A DNA stretch of 64,000 bases. Source: a virus. A program made the position numbers and the translations under genes. Shown here one piece after another: positions 1 to 9,436 of the stretch (the first letter of the stretch is position 1; each line of letters opens with the position of its first letter). The notes under the pieces are model-generated. The model was not told the origin of the DNA and ran no database searches. It worked only from the letters and a program-made list of their open reading frames with translations. The stretch is taken from IMG/VR virus record IMGVR_UViG_3300046028_006919, positions 1 to 64,000 of that record; one strand, written 5' to 3'.

Positions 1-200
1 AAGGTATATTTGGTTGTTATATTGTCTTTCGCATTATAATACCAAAATTCGGGTGAATTTCCTTGAATAGTAACATCAAGCGTTTTGCTTTGTTCTATTT
101 GGGTGCTTGTTATATCATCTGAACTGCAAGATGAAAATAAACCGATAAGCAAGATTGTAACAACCAATAAGATTGCTTTGATAACTAATAATTTTTTCAT
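1..200 (-). CDS. Putative lipoprotein (partial, runs off the window start)
   Basis: ATG at 200 reads MKKLLVIKAILLVVTILLIGLFSSC-SSDD..., a signal peptide II with lipobox. A promoter module lies just upstream. Confidence 0.6.
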   Translation of the reverse strand, partial: MKKLLVIKAILLVVTILLIGLFSSCSSDDITSTQIEQSKTLDVTIQGNSPEFWYYNAKDNITTKYT

Positions 201-263
201 AATATACTTTATTTGGTTAAACTTGGTACAAAAATATAACGATTATTTTACACTACCAAATAT

Positions 264-491
264 TTAATCGTAAATTTTTTCTATTGGTTTATTTGGGTCT
301 AATATAACTCTTTCAAGTGCTTTTACCCAAAAGATTGGCAAACTTGGATGTTGTCGTTCAAACTCAATTTCACCTTTCTTTATGGCGTCTTTTTCGTCAG
401 TTGCCATAACTCTTAAACCATATTTTTGGTGGTTGTCTTCTTCGTTGTCGCTTGGGTCGATAGACATTATTGTAATATGAAACTCTTTCAT
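264..491 (-). CDS. Hypothetical protein
   Basis: 75-aa ORF with AT-rich initiation region. Confidence 0.6.
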   Translation of the reverse strand: MKEFHITIMSIDPSDNEEDNHQKYGLRVMATDEKDAIKKGEIEFERQHPSLPIFWVKALERVILDPNKPIEKIYD

Positions 492-767
492 AATATGCTT
501 TATTTAATATTTGTTATTGGTTTCATTTTTAAATTCGTACCACGCATCGTATAATTCGTCTACGTTAAGCGTTCTTCCTTTGTAGATACGAGAAGGTCCC
601 ATAGCATCACCTTTTTGGGTGTGAATGATTAACCACGTTGCGAAATCTTTTGCTCTTAATTCTGGTGACATAATATATAAATTTAATTGGTTTAACGATG
701 CAAAGATATAACAAATATTTTACATTACCAAAAAAAACCCCACTTTTTATTGGTGGGGTTATTTAAT

Positions 768-1025
768 TTATCTACTGCGTTTGTGTCGGTGGTCGAACTT
801 ATATAATAGTTCATTATATATGTGTGCTCTAATACAACCAAAGTAATAGAATTTAATTTCGTTCATAATCTTAACACTTACCGCACACATATTCAATCCT
901 ACGGGTGAAATGTGTTGGAAATTGCCTTGACCTTTAAGTGTTAACTGCATTTTGTTGTTGATGTTTGCTTGGCAAAAGTCAGCAAGTTGTTGCTCTGATG
1001 CGTTGAATAATTGTTCGTTTGTCAT
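768..1025 (-). CDS. Hypothetical protein (start corrected to MTNEQ)
   Basis: The ORF-track N-terminus reads through the promoter. The real ATG is at 1025, and a terminator hairpin lies at ~730-762. Confidence 0.6.
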   Translation of the reverse strand: MTNEQLFNASEQQLADFCQANINNKMQLTLKGQGNFQHISPVGLNMCAVSVKIMNEIKFYYFGCIRAHIYNELLYKFDHRHKRSR

Positions 1026-1188
1026 AATTAATAAATTAATTGGGTTAATACTTCTGCAAATGTATAACAATTATTTTACACTACCAAATATATTTCAATA
1101 AAAAAATCCCCAATAAATTTATTGGGGATAATCCAAATCAATTTTAACCAAAAAAAATCTATTGTCTATGGAAACTAATAAAAATTTG

Positions 1189-1282
1189 TTATCAGGACAG
1201 GACTTGAACCTGCAAGGTATTAGAAGCAGACTAATACCATACGACAAACGCCGTACTCGTTTACCAATTTCGCCACCTGACA
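1189..1282 (-). ncRNA. tRNA-like RNA, Leu-type shell, non-canonical anticodon arm and long variable arm
   Basis: Acceptor TGTCAGG/CCTGATA, D-loop GCGAAATTGGTAAACG, T-arm GCAGG-TTCAAGT-CCTGT, variable hairpin GGTATTAG/CTAATACC. The anticodon-position hairpin GTACGGC-GTTT-GTCGTAT has no 7-nt loop. Confidence 0.7.
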
Positions 1283-1405
1283 AATTTAAGAAGCTTGGTT
1301 ACCCTCTTTGACCGTTTAGCAGGTTGAAGCTGTTTCCTTATAAATCCTCAGCGATGCACCGCCACAAGAAACTGGGGAAACGTTGTTTCTACTTGTTTAA
1401 TTTAT

Positions 1406-1657
1406 TCACCTTATAGCAATTCTTCCCAATGTTTTAAATGTTGGAATATTATCTTTTTTAATTTCTACCTCAACACATCTATTTTTTCTCCAATAGCGTT
1501 TATTTTTACCACAACTTGAACAACTCATAAAGAGTGTTGCAATCAAGAGTGCCAACCCAATGGTTGTAACTCGGTTTAATTTAATGGTTGTTATTGAATT
1601 GGCAACCCAAACAAATAATACAACGATAAAGAATTTATGCCATTTAATATTTTTCAT
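1406..1657 (-). CDS. Hypothetical membrane protein/lipoprotein
   Basis: Two hydrophobic stretches, LFMSC lipobox-like motif, own promoter. Confidence 0.5.
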   Translation of the reverse strand: MKNIKWHKFFIVVLFVWVANSITTIKLNRVTTIGLALLIATLFMSCSSCGKNKRYWRKNRCVEVEIKKDNIPTFKTLGRIAIR

Positions 1658-1736
1658 AATCTAAAGGTTTATTAGGTTAATAGTGGTGCAAATGTATAAC
1701 AATTAATTTACACCACCAAAAAAAGTTATTAACAAT

Positions 1737-2135
1737 TTATTTAAGACTTTCAGCACATTCCAAAAGTTCCTCATAAGTGAATAAATTTAATCGTTTTACT
1801 CTTTCTTTTAACCTATCCACGTTTTCGGGACTTACTGCAATAGCATCGTGAATACTTTGCATACGTTTCCATTCTTCGTTGGTTAGTGTTCCAACAACTT
1901 CGGGTTTAAATATTCCATGTTGTTCGTTGTCATTTTCTTCAAGCATATCATCAATACCTTTATACACCGCAAACTTGGGTTCAATCATGTTTTTACCCGC
2001 AACACACATATTGCCATTGAGGTCAAGATATTGACAGTTAGTACTATCTTTGTCATAACCGCAAGTGCTTGGGTTTTTCAAATAAGGTGCTAATTGTGAT
2101 AATGCAAATTCTTTTATTTCTTCGGGTGTTTTCAT
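1737..2135 (-). CDS. Hypothetical protein
   Basis: 132-aa ORF. Confidence 0.7.
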   Translation of the reverse strand: MKTPEEIKEFALSQLAPYLKNPSTCGYDKDSTNCQYLDLNGNMCVAGKNMIEPKFAVYKGIDDMLEENDNEQHGIFKPEVVGTLTNEEWKRMQSIHDAIAVSPENVDRLKERVKRLNLFTYEELLECAESLK

Positions 2136-2351
2136 AGTGGTTTAATTTATTGGGTTTTCAACAATATCAAAAGCATAATTTAATGAATAAGAATAAAGTT
2201 GTGCATCTTCCAACGTGTGGAAACTCTTAACCTCATTTAAAAATACTCCATCGTCTGTACATGAAAAGTAAGGGATAACTGTGTAGATTGTTTTCATACT
2301 AATTTAATTTATTGGTTAAACATGGTGCAAAGATATAACAATTATTTTACA

Positions 2352-2702
2352 CTACCAAATATTTTTTCTTTTTAAATAATCTTTTTTTTCTTTTCGTTGT
2401 TTAAGATTTATTTCAGAATACATACCACTTAACACTCTTTGCAATTCTTGGTTAGGAATAAGACAAGTATCAAAGTTTGGGTGCAACATAATAAATTTAT
2501 TCAGTTGTTCTCCATAGTAACCAAACTCATGTGTTGGTTCACCACTTTCAATCGTTTCTATTGTGCCATTATCAAACGCTTGGATATATTCCATTAGCTT
2601 AGGGATATCTTGGCTTAAATCGATTAATTCAATAGGGTTGCCACCAAAATACTCATAGATTGGTGGCAATAAGTTAGAATATTGTTCGTTGTGGTATCTC
2701 AT
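2352..2702 (-). CDS. Hypothetical protein
   Basis: 116-aa ORF. Confidence 0.65.
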   Translation of the reverse strand: MRYHNEQYSNLLPPIYEYFGGNPIELIDLSQDIPKLMEYIQAFDNGTIETIESGEPTHEFGYYGEQLNKFIMLHPNFDTCLIPNQELQRVLSGMYSEINLKQRKEKKDYLKRKNIW

Positions 2703-2729
2703 TTAATTTATTGTGTTATATACGCGTAT

Positions 2730-2746
2730 GACACAAAAGTGTACAC
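2730..2746. repeat. Palindromic intergenic motif (G/T)ACACAAA(A/T)GTGTAC, copy 1 of 6
   Basis: GACACAAAAGTGTACAC; other copies at 8859, 12593, 18670, 22091, 22835. Confidence 0.8.
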
Positions 2747-2750
2747 TTGG

Positions 2751-3215
2751 TTAAAATATTTTTACGTATTGTCCTTGTTCCATTAAATAAACAATATCTT
2801 TTAATTTATCGTTTAAATAAATATCGTTTATATTTAAAGGAATTGAAATAACAACTCTGTTTAAATTATTGGGGCGACTGACAAAATTATCCGTATCTTT
2901 TGACCATTCTTTGTATTTCTCAAATACAACCCCAAGTGGTTTTTTATTACCCGAATAATACCCCAAACAATGTGCGTTGAAAAATAATGCGTTTTTATCA
3001 GCTATAATAGTAAATGCATTATAATAATTTGATGAGAAACTTGTTTTCATATAGATAACAACTCTATCACATTCATCTTGTACTTTATCATACGTTCTAA
3101 AGACCTTGCTCAAATTATTTAAAATTCTCATTGCAAAAGCCTTGTTATCTTTGATAGCGTTAATCTCATTTAATTTATCGCTATCCATAGCGTTTAAGAA
3201 TAAATTGTCAGTCAT
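2751..3215 (-). CDS. Hypothetical protein
   Basis: 154-aa ORF with own promoter. Confidence 0.7.
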   Translation of the reverse strand: MTDNLFLNAMDSDKLNEINAIKDNKAFAMRILNNLSKVFRTYDKVQDECDRVVIYMKTSFSSNYYNAFTIIADKNALFFNAHCLGYYSGNKKPLGVVFEKYKEWSKDTDNFVSRPNNLNRVVISIPLNINDIYLNDKLKDIVYLMEQGQYVKIF

Positions 3216-3287
3216 AATAAATTTATTTAATTTGTTGGTACAAAGATATAACTATTTTTTAAACTACCAAACTTTTTTACATTTATT

Positions 3288-3785
3288 TTACAATCTTAAC
3301 CCAAACCCTATTGTTGCTTGGCTAAAGCTATCAAAACCTAATATAATTCTAAGTCTATTATTGACTTGATAGCCAATAAATCCACCAACCATAACTGTAT
3401 ATGATGTAGTTTGTTTTTCTTGGGTGTTTGGGTTGTTTTGTGTTGGTACCCATTTAGCCTCATTTTGTTTGCCAATTCTACCACCGTAAATAAATTTATT
3501 GGGTTTATACCCATAAGACAAATACAATGTTTCATTTTTATATTGTTCATCTTTGTATTGGTTCACATTCCCAGCATAACCAATTCCAATTATACTCTTG
3601 TTTAATTTAATGGTTACTTCACCACCCAACGATTGTAGTATTCCAAGATTAACAACCAAAGTAAATTTACTTTCTTTTGGTAATTGGTTATATGGATTGT
3701 CATAATCAATATCCATTGGTGGTTTTGGTTGTCCAAAAGAAATGGTACAAACAAACAAACTTAAAACTAATAATAATTTTTTCAT
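3288..3785 (-). CDS. Putative small outer-membrane beta-barrel protein
   Basis: Signal peptide MKKLLLVLSLFVCTISFG, alternating Gly/aromatic beta-strands, C-terminal ...IGFGLRL. Confidence 0.5.
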   Translation of the reverse strand: MKKLLLVLSLFVCTISFGQPKPPMDIDYDNPYNQLPKESKFTLVVNLGILQSLGGEVTIKLNKSIIGIGYAGNVNQYKDEQYKNETLYLSYGYKPNKFIYGGRIGKQNEAKWVPTQNNPNTQEKQTTSYTVMVGGFIGYQVNNRLRIILGFDSFSQATIGFGLRL

Positions 3786-3792
3786 AGGTCAT

Positions 3793-4080
3793 TTAATTAA
3801 TTAACAGATTAAACTTGCCATACATAAAAATATCAGCAAGGGTTACTTTATCTTCGTCAGTAAATTTACTCAAACGATATTCAAGTATTACTTTTCTAAA
3901 GTTCTTTGCAATTATTTTATGGTTGCCCGATAACTCATAAGTAAATCGTTGCGTTCCATTATTTTCTATTGCAATATATGTTGGGTTTGGTGCGGATTTA
4001 TATTTTAAATAAATATTAAAAGTGCTACCCTCATTGGCTCTTTCTTCGTTTAATTCAATATCTTCAAGTATCAAATGCAT
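3793..4080 (-). CDS. Hypothetical protein
   Basis: 95-aa ORF. Confidence 0.55.
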   Translation of the reverse strand: MHLILEDIELNEERANEGSTFNIYLKYKSAPNPTYIAIENNGTQRFTYELSGNHKIIAKNFRKVILEYRLSKFTDEDKVTLADIFMYGKFNLLIN

Positions 4081-4295
4081 AGGTTATATAAATATTAAAA
4101 TTAAAATACATAAACATATAGCGACAAAAATATATGCCATTACATTTTTTTTCTTTTTTATTATTGTAATAGGTTCATCACCCATTTCATTAGCGGTATA
4201 CGAATAATGTTTTTTCATAATTTAATTAATTTAACAATGCAAAGATAAGAATAAAAATCGGTACTACCAAATGATAATACCGATTTTAAATAAAT

Positions 4296-4871
4296 TTATT
4301 TACTCAACTCTACCAACTTCAACTCAAATTCTTCAAGCGTTGGTATTGTTGGTTGCACTCCAATTTTGTAATGGGTTGCAACCATGTTTTTGATGTGTTC
4401 GCCACAACCTTTGAAGTTTTCAACAACCAACTGCAAGTCTAATAATTTTTGTTCGTCAACTGAAAGCAACTCCCAAACCTTGAAATTTTCACCATACATT
4501 TTTTTAAGGTCGTCGCTTTCCAACATAGCCATACAAATAGCACGTTTTTGTTCTTCGTTGGTAAAATCTAATTTATTACCCATTTTTTCAAACCCCAAAT
4601 CCTTGATTTTGTTTTTTAAGTTAGAAAGGGAGTCAACCTCTAAACCATCAAAAATTAAATCTTCGGTATCGTTAACGTCCCAATCATCGATTGAAATAAT
4701 ACCTTTGTGTTTGATTTCAGAAACTCTTGCATAAAAGCAAATAACCATACTGAAATTACCACGCTCAATCTTAACACTACCACTAAATTCAATTTGTGTG
4801 TGAGTTGACCTTGAAGTTGCTTTAACTTCTCCCTCAAGTCCTTTAAGACTTTGTAAAATACCTAGTTCCAT
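4296..4871 (-). CDS. Hypothetical protein
   Basis: 191-aa ORF with own promoter and downstream hairpin. Confidence 0.75.
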   Translation of the reverse strand: MELGILQSLKGLEGEVKATSRSTHTQIEFSGSVKIERGNFSMVICFYARVSEIKHKGIISIDDWDVNDTEDLIFDGLEVDSLSNLKNKIKDLGFEKMGNKLDFTNEEQKRAICMAMLESDDLKKMYGENFKVWELLSVDEQKLLDLQLVVENFKGCGEHIKNMVATHYKIGVQPTIPTLEEFELKLVELSK

Positions 4872-5249
4872 AATAATATAAATTTAATTGATTAATTCTC
4901 TGCAAATGTATAACAATTTTTTAACCTACCAAATAATAAAGTGTTAAAATTTTGTTAAAAGTAAATTGGGGCAAATAAATTTATCCACCCCAATTTCAGT
5001 ACCATAATTATATGGGGTCAGTCTTTTATCTTATTTTCAGCTATGAATACTCCATATCCCTCGGGATACCCTCACAGAACAACTGATTAACAAATAAATT
5101 TATTTGCATAAGATAATGCCTACATTGCCGACAAGCAAGGATTTTAATTAGTTCCGCAAGGGGAAACAAAACAACTATGTATTTTAAAACCCATTTAATT
5201 TATTGGGTTAGTATTTTATGTTTTTAATTACTATGCAAAGATATAACTT

Positions 5250-5654
5250 TTAATTTACACCACCAAATAATTCTTTCTCTTTTTCTAAATTTTCTTTGTG
5301 TTCTCTTAATAAATTTATTTGGTCTTCAAGCCGTTTGATTTCATCATCGATTGAAGTGATTGCATAAAATTTATGTTCAAGTTTATAACGATTTATCATA
5401 ACATCTTTCAACCTATTAAGTTCTTTGTTATATGTTGAGTAAACATCAAACATATTCAAAGAATGCATCACAGTTGCGTGATTAAATCCAACACTACCAC
5501 CAATGGCGCCAAATGTTGTATTTGGTTTAAGTATCTTGACAACCTTATAAAACAACCCACGCATTTCAATTACTTCACGTTTTTTTGTTTTAATATTAAT
5601 ATCGATACCACTTTCATTTATTAATATATCTTTAATTATTTCAATATCGCTCAT
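5250..5654 (-). CDS. DnaA C-terminal-like HTH protein with coiled-coil tail
   Basis: KKREVIEMRGLF...TFGAIGGSVGFNHATVMHSL resembles the Bac_DnaA_C DHSTVIHA signature. Confidence 0.6.
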   Translation of the reverse strand: MSDIEIIKDILINESGIDINIKTKKREVIEMRGLFYKVVKILKPNTTFGAIGGSVGFNHATVMHSLNMFDVYSTYNKELNRLKDVMINRYKLEHKFYAITSIDDEIKRLEDQINLLREHKENLEKEKELFGGVN

Positions 5655-5954
5655 AGTCGTTTAATTTATTAAGATTGGATTTTCAGTTCCCTCAACCCAA
5701 CCTTTTAATTTTTTCCACTTGTTGATTAACTTAGTTCCGTTTACAACATCATCTTTGGTTAAAAACTCTTTAAAGAAAATAAATTTAACTGTTATTTCAA
5801 TTGTTTTAATTTCTAATTCTATTTTTGTTGGTTTCATAATTCAAATAATTATATTGGGTTAAACATAGGTCAAAGATATAACATTTAATTTACACTACCA
5901 AACTTTTTTTTAAAAAAATGGTATCACCCAAAAAATGAGTGATACCAAGTAAAT

Positions 5955-6704
5955 TTATTCAGTAAATGTTTCATTATATATTCCCAATAACTGTACCTTG
6001 AACGTTTTTTCGTCAGCTGAAAATTCGTTTTGTTTATTGTTTGCAAATTGAATAATTGCATTAGCCAATTTCTTATAGTCATTGGTTTGTTTCATTACTC
6101 TCCAAGCACTTCTACGTGTAAAAGAATGTTTTGGCAAATGCTTTAATAAACGCTTAACTTGTTCAAATTTTTTGTCGCTTTCTTTTTCGTCTTTGAATGT
6201 TAAATTACCCAACTGAAAATCCTTTGTTGTACCACTACCTGTATATAAAAATAACAAGTCAGTAATAGTCAATTTGGTTTCGTCCATTAGTTGTTTGAAT
6301 TTAACATACTCTTTAACGTTACTAGCAACGTATATTTCCAAATACATTATGTTAGTCCAACGTTTTAACTTGTTATTCAAACATGAAATAAAATGCTTAA
6401 CGTTTTCTTTCGTATCGTCATTTAATTTAATCACCTTTAAATCCAAAGGTAAATTCAATAACCTTGCCGATGTACTTCTGTGATTTCCATCAGCATTTAT
6501 TCTAATCTTTTCACCAAATGCTTCTGTTTCAAGTATGATAACAGTCGTTGCTTCTGCCCCATACATTGCCATGCTTTCCATGATTTCTTTAACGTGGTCA
6601 TCATCAACTTTTCTTGACACTCCTTCAAGTATCGTGTACTTTTTATAATCGAATGTTTGTTTTTGTTCCTCGATTACTCTTGCTAAATTTTTAATTTCTG
6701 TCAT
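5955..6704 (-). CDS. ParB/Srx-like N-terminal domain protein
   Basis: R-x-VDDDHVKEIMESM...INADGNHR (DGxHR motif). Confidence 0.55.
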   Translation of the reverse strand: MTEIKNLARVIEEQKQTFDYKKYTILEGVSRKVDDDHVKEIMESMAMYGAEATTVIILETEAFGEKIRINADGNHRSTSARLLNLPLDLKVIKLNDDTKENVKHFISCLNNKLKRWTNIMYLEIYVASNVKEYVKFKQLMDETKLTITDLLFLYTGSGTTKDFQLGNLTFKDEKESDKKFEQVKRLLKHLPKHSFTRRSAWRVMKQTNDYKKLANAIIQFANNKQNEFSADEKTFKVQLLGIYNETFTE

Positions 6705-6723
6705 TTTAAATTAGTTTAATTGA

Positions 6724-7182
6724 TTAATACTTCTGCAAAGATATAACAATTTTTTAACCCACCAAATTATTTTACAATTATTTTACAAAAAAAATTCGCA
6801 CCCCTTTAAGAATGCGAACTAATGTATATTTATTCAATTAATCTAACAACGTGTAATATTCGTCGGGATAAAGTTTTCTGAATAAATTTAACGATAAACT
6901 CATTTTATCGTATAACCCCATTGCCTCACAACCTATCACATAATCGTAAAGGGCAACCCCTTGTGAGTCTAACTCACAACTAAAACCACTATAAGGGTTT
7001 TTAATCGTTTGTTTCTCTGTGCTTTCTCGGTTAAAACTTAATTGACTAATTAAGTTAGTTTCTGTCTTGTTTAATTTAACTTTTGTTGCCATAACTGAAA
7101 TATTTAATTGGTTAATACTTCTGCAAAGATATAACAATTTTTTAACCCACCAAATTATTTTACAATTATTTTACAAAAAAAA
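6724..7182. repeat. ~70-bp identical direct repeat (6724-6794 and 7112-7182) consisting of the promoter module
   Basis: TTAATACTTCTGCAAAGATATAACAATTTTTTAACCCACCAAATTATTTTACAATTATTTTACAAAAAAA is present twice, flanking ORF 6838-7092. Confidence 0.85.
6838..7092 (-). CDS. Hypothetical protein (start corrected to MATKV)
   Basis: ATG downstream of promoter. Confidence 0.65.
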   Translation of the reverse strand: MATKVKLNKTETNLISQLSFNRESTEKQTIKNPYSGFSCELDSQGVALYDYVIGCEAMGLYDKMSLSLNLFRKLYPDEYYTLLD

Positions 7183-7239
7183 ATCCGCACCTATAAAAGA
7201 TACGGATTTTCAGCTGTGTTGTTCAGCGGGTAGTTTAAT

Positions 7240-7479
7240 TTAATCACCACTATCTACACTATAAACTACTTTGTAGATAGTATCTTCGATATTAACATCA
7301 AATGAATACTCATTGTAACAACGACCTAAATTTTTAGACTCTTGTGATTGAGGTATCATTTGTTCTCTTAACTCTTTACAGAATTGATTTGTTTTTACAC
7401 CCCAACCATTTGCCGTACCCAAACTGATAACGTTGTTTACCGCTTTTTCTTTTACTTGTTCTGCTAATGTGTTTTCCAT
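7240..7479 (-). CDS. Hypothetical protein (start corrected to MENTL)
   Basis: ATG downstream of promoter; terminator hairpin at ~7176-7210. Confidence 0.65.
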   Translation of the reverse strand: MENTLAEQVKEKAVNNVISLGTANGWGVKTNQFCKELREQMIPQSQESKNLGRCYNEYSFDVNIEDTIYKVVYSVDSGD

Positions 7480-7558
7480 AACTGATATATTTAATTGGTT
7501 AATACTTCTGCAAAGATATAACAATTTTTTAAACCACCAAACTTTTTTTAAATTATTT

Positions 7559-7801
7559 TTATTCATTACCAAATACTTCTTCATCGCATTCAGAACAAAT
7601 TGGACCAAAACCAAATATGGTTGTTTCAGCTTCTGCACCGCATATACATAATTCAGGTTCGTCCTCTTCCTCTGTCGGGTTAAAGGTTACTTCATTATCA
7701 ATAGTAAAGTCAGCACCACAATCATCACAACATAACATTGTTTCGGGGAAATCAAAATCTTCTCGGATATTTGTTCCTATACAAATTGGGCAAGTTTCCA
7801 T
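7559..7801 (-). CDS. Small acidic Cys-rich (double Zn-ribbon-like) protein
   Basis: CPIC, CCDDC, CIC and CSEC motifs. Confidence 0.6.
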   Translation of the reverse strand: METCPICIGTNIREDFDFPETMLCCDDCGADFTIDNEVTFNPTEEEDEPELCICGAEAETTIFGFGPICSECDEEVFGNE

Positions 7802-7813
7802 AAGTCATTTAAT

Positions 7814-8065
7814 TTATAATGCAATTAACCAATCCGTTACTTCCCAATTAACGCTCGATGAAACGCTATACCCTTTTTCTCTTAATCGTTGAGCAACGAT
7901 AGGCATATACATATATTCTTCAACACTCCAACCATAAACGGGTGCTTTGGAACAAGTTTCAAATTTTGTGGTTAATCTGCCATCTTCAAATCGGTCTTCA
8001 ATTTGTTTCTGCAAAGTAGCAATATATTGTTCTTTGCGTTCTTGTGGTGTCAACGTAGTTTCCAT
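7814..8065 (-). CDS. Hypothetical protein (start corrected to METTL)
   Basis: ATG downstream of promoter. Confidence 0.65.
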   Translation of the reverse strand: METTLTPQERKEQYIATLQKQIEDRFEDGRLTTKFETCSKAPVYGWSVEEYMYMPIVAQRLREKGYSVSSSVNWEVTDWLIAL

Positions 8066-8135
8066 AACTGATATATTTAATTGGTTTAACGATGCAAAGA
8101 TATAACAATTATTTAAACCACCAAACAATATTGTG

Positions 8136-8498
8136 TTAAATATTATAAGTTTCTTGCAATCTTGTTATCATCAACGCTTTGGCTTGGGTGTCAGTTAATT
8201 TACTTATAGTATGTTTAATTAAATCACATCTGTAATACTGCCCATCTTCATCAATAATCAATTGATAAGTTGAAGTTTTTATCAGCGGTATTTGTTTTTT
8301 TTGTAACTTTGCCGTATGTTTTGACTTGGCACGTTCTTGTGGGTTGTCAGTATCCGTACCCATGGTAATGTGTGCCTTGTTCGCTGCAATAACCCTTGTT
8401 GATACACCAAATTGGTCAGCAAGCATTTGGTCTGTGTAATGACGATTTGCTCTTATAAAAGTTCTAATCGCTTTGTTGTCATGTGTTTTGTTTTTCAT
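8136..8498 (-). CDS. HTH-containing protein
   Basis: TDQMLADQFGVSTRVI helix-turn-helix pattern. Confidence 0.5.
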   Translation of the reverse strand: MKNKTHDNKAIRTFIRANRHYTDQMLADQFGVSTRVIAANKAHITMGTDTDNPQERAKSKHTAKLQKKQIPLIKTSTYQLIIDEDGQYYRCDLIKHTISKLTDTQAKALMITRLQETYNI

Positions 8499-8723
8499 TT
8501 ATTAATAAATTTAATTAGTGTTATAATACAAAGCTACTAACTAATTTATTAAGATGCAATGTTTGGTAGTTAAATTTATTAGACTTATTTTAAAACGATT
8601 TAAGACACGATAATAAATTAAATGACTTATGATATCATTTAAATAGAAAAAGAGTACCTAAGCAAGCTTAAATACCCTTATCATTGTTTACCAATTAAAT
8701 TCAATTATGACAGATTGAATTTG

Positions 8724-8792
8724 TATCTACCGCAGGAGTCGAACCTGCGACCTCACTTGTTAGTGCGCTCTTCCCAACTGAGCTACGTAGAC
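8724..8792 (-). ncRNA. tRNA-like RNA with truncated anticodon arm
   Basis: GTCTACG-TA-GCTC-AGTTGGGAA-GAGC-G-CACT-AACA-AGTG-AGGTC-GCAGG-TTCGACT-CCTGC-GGTAGAT-A. D and T arms are canonical, but the anticodon arm has only a 4-bp stem and 4-nt loop. Confidence 0.75.
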
Positions 8793-8878
8793 CCTCGCCC
8801 AAAAGTTGTCGACTACTTTGAACTTGGTCCATTGGACCCATTTAATTTAACGCCCATAGACACAAAAGTGTACATAAG

Positions 8879-9082
8879 TTATCTTTTATGATATGCGTCT
8901 TGTCTAGCGGTCATTTGATTTAACCAACCTCGCCATTCAGGTTCTTGTTCTACTGACGGTTCAGGGTTTTCATAGCCTTCATCATTAACAATATCAGTTC
9001 CACATTCACAACGAATATACATTTCAATTTCTTTTGCATTTCCAAATTCGGTATGACAATTAATACAAGTAACTATATTCAT
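8879..9082 (-). CDS. Small Zn-ribbon-like protein (likely start MNIVTC)
   Basis: CINC...CEC motifs. Confidence 0.5.
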   Translation of the reverse strand: MNIVTCINCHTEFGNAKEIEMYIRCECGTDIVNDEGYENPEPSVEQEPEWRGWLNQMTARQDAYHKR

Positions 9083-9191
9083 ATCTTTAATAAGTTTATT
9101 TAAAAATGTTGATACCGACATTCCCTACTCGATTATCGGTGTTTAAGGGTTGCGTATACATAGCAGTCCGAACCCTCAACATATTTTGATA

Positions 9192-9436
9192 GTGCAAAGA
9201 TATGGTAAAGTTTTCACTCTACCAAATCTTTTACAACTTTTTTTTATGTGAACAGATACAATAAAATTAGTATGAAAGGTAATAGAATGTAAAACCCAAT
9301 TGGGTCAAATGGATGAAGTATTTTTTCTATTTCCTTATGTATGTTAATAAACATATTTTTCATAATTTTTGTTTCTTTTCTTGTGCAAAGATATGGTAAA
9401 GTTTTCACTCTACCAAATCTTTTACAACTTTTTTTT
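9192..9436. repeat. ~54-bp identical direct repeat (9192-9245 and 9383-9436), promoter module flanking a 39-aa hydrophobic ORF (9244-9363)
   Basis: GTGCAAAGATATGGTAAAGTTTTCACTCTACCAAATCTTTTACAACTTTTTTTT is present twice. Confidence 0.85.

Noticed and set aside
1325-1375. Possible hammerhead ribozyme (minus strand CTGAGGA-TTTATAAG-GAAAC)
   Set aside because: Core-like motifs are present, but I could not build stems I and III with a valid NUH cleavage triplet.
768-8128. Recurring N-terminal peptide LY(L/I)CRSINQLNISV in several ORF-track proteins, suggesting a shared leader domain
   Set aside because: It is the translation of the repeated promoter/leader DNA (TTGTTATATCTTTGCAGAAGTATTAACC...). 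The true ATGs lie downstream.
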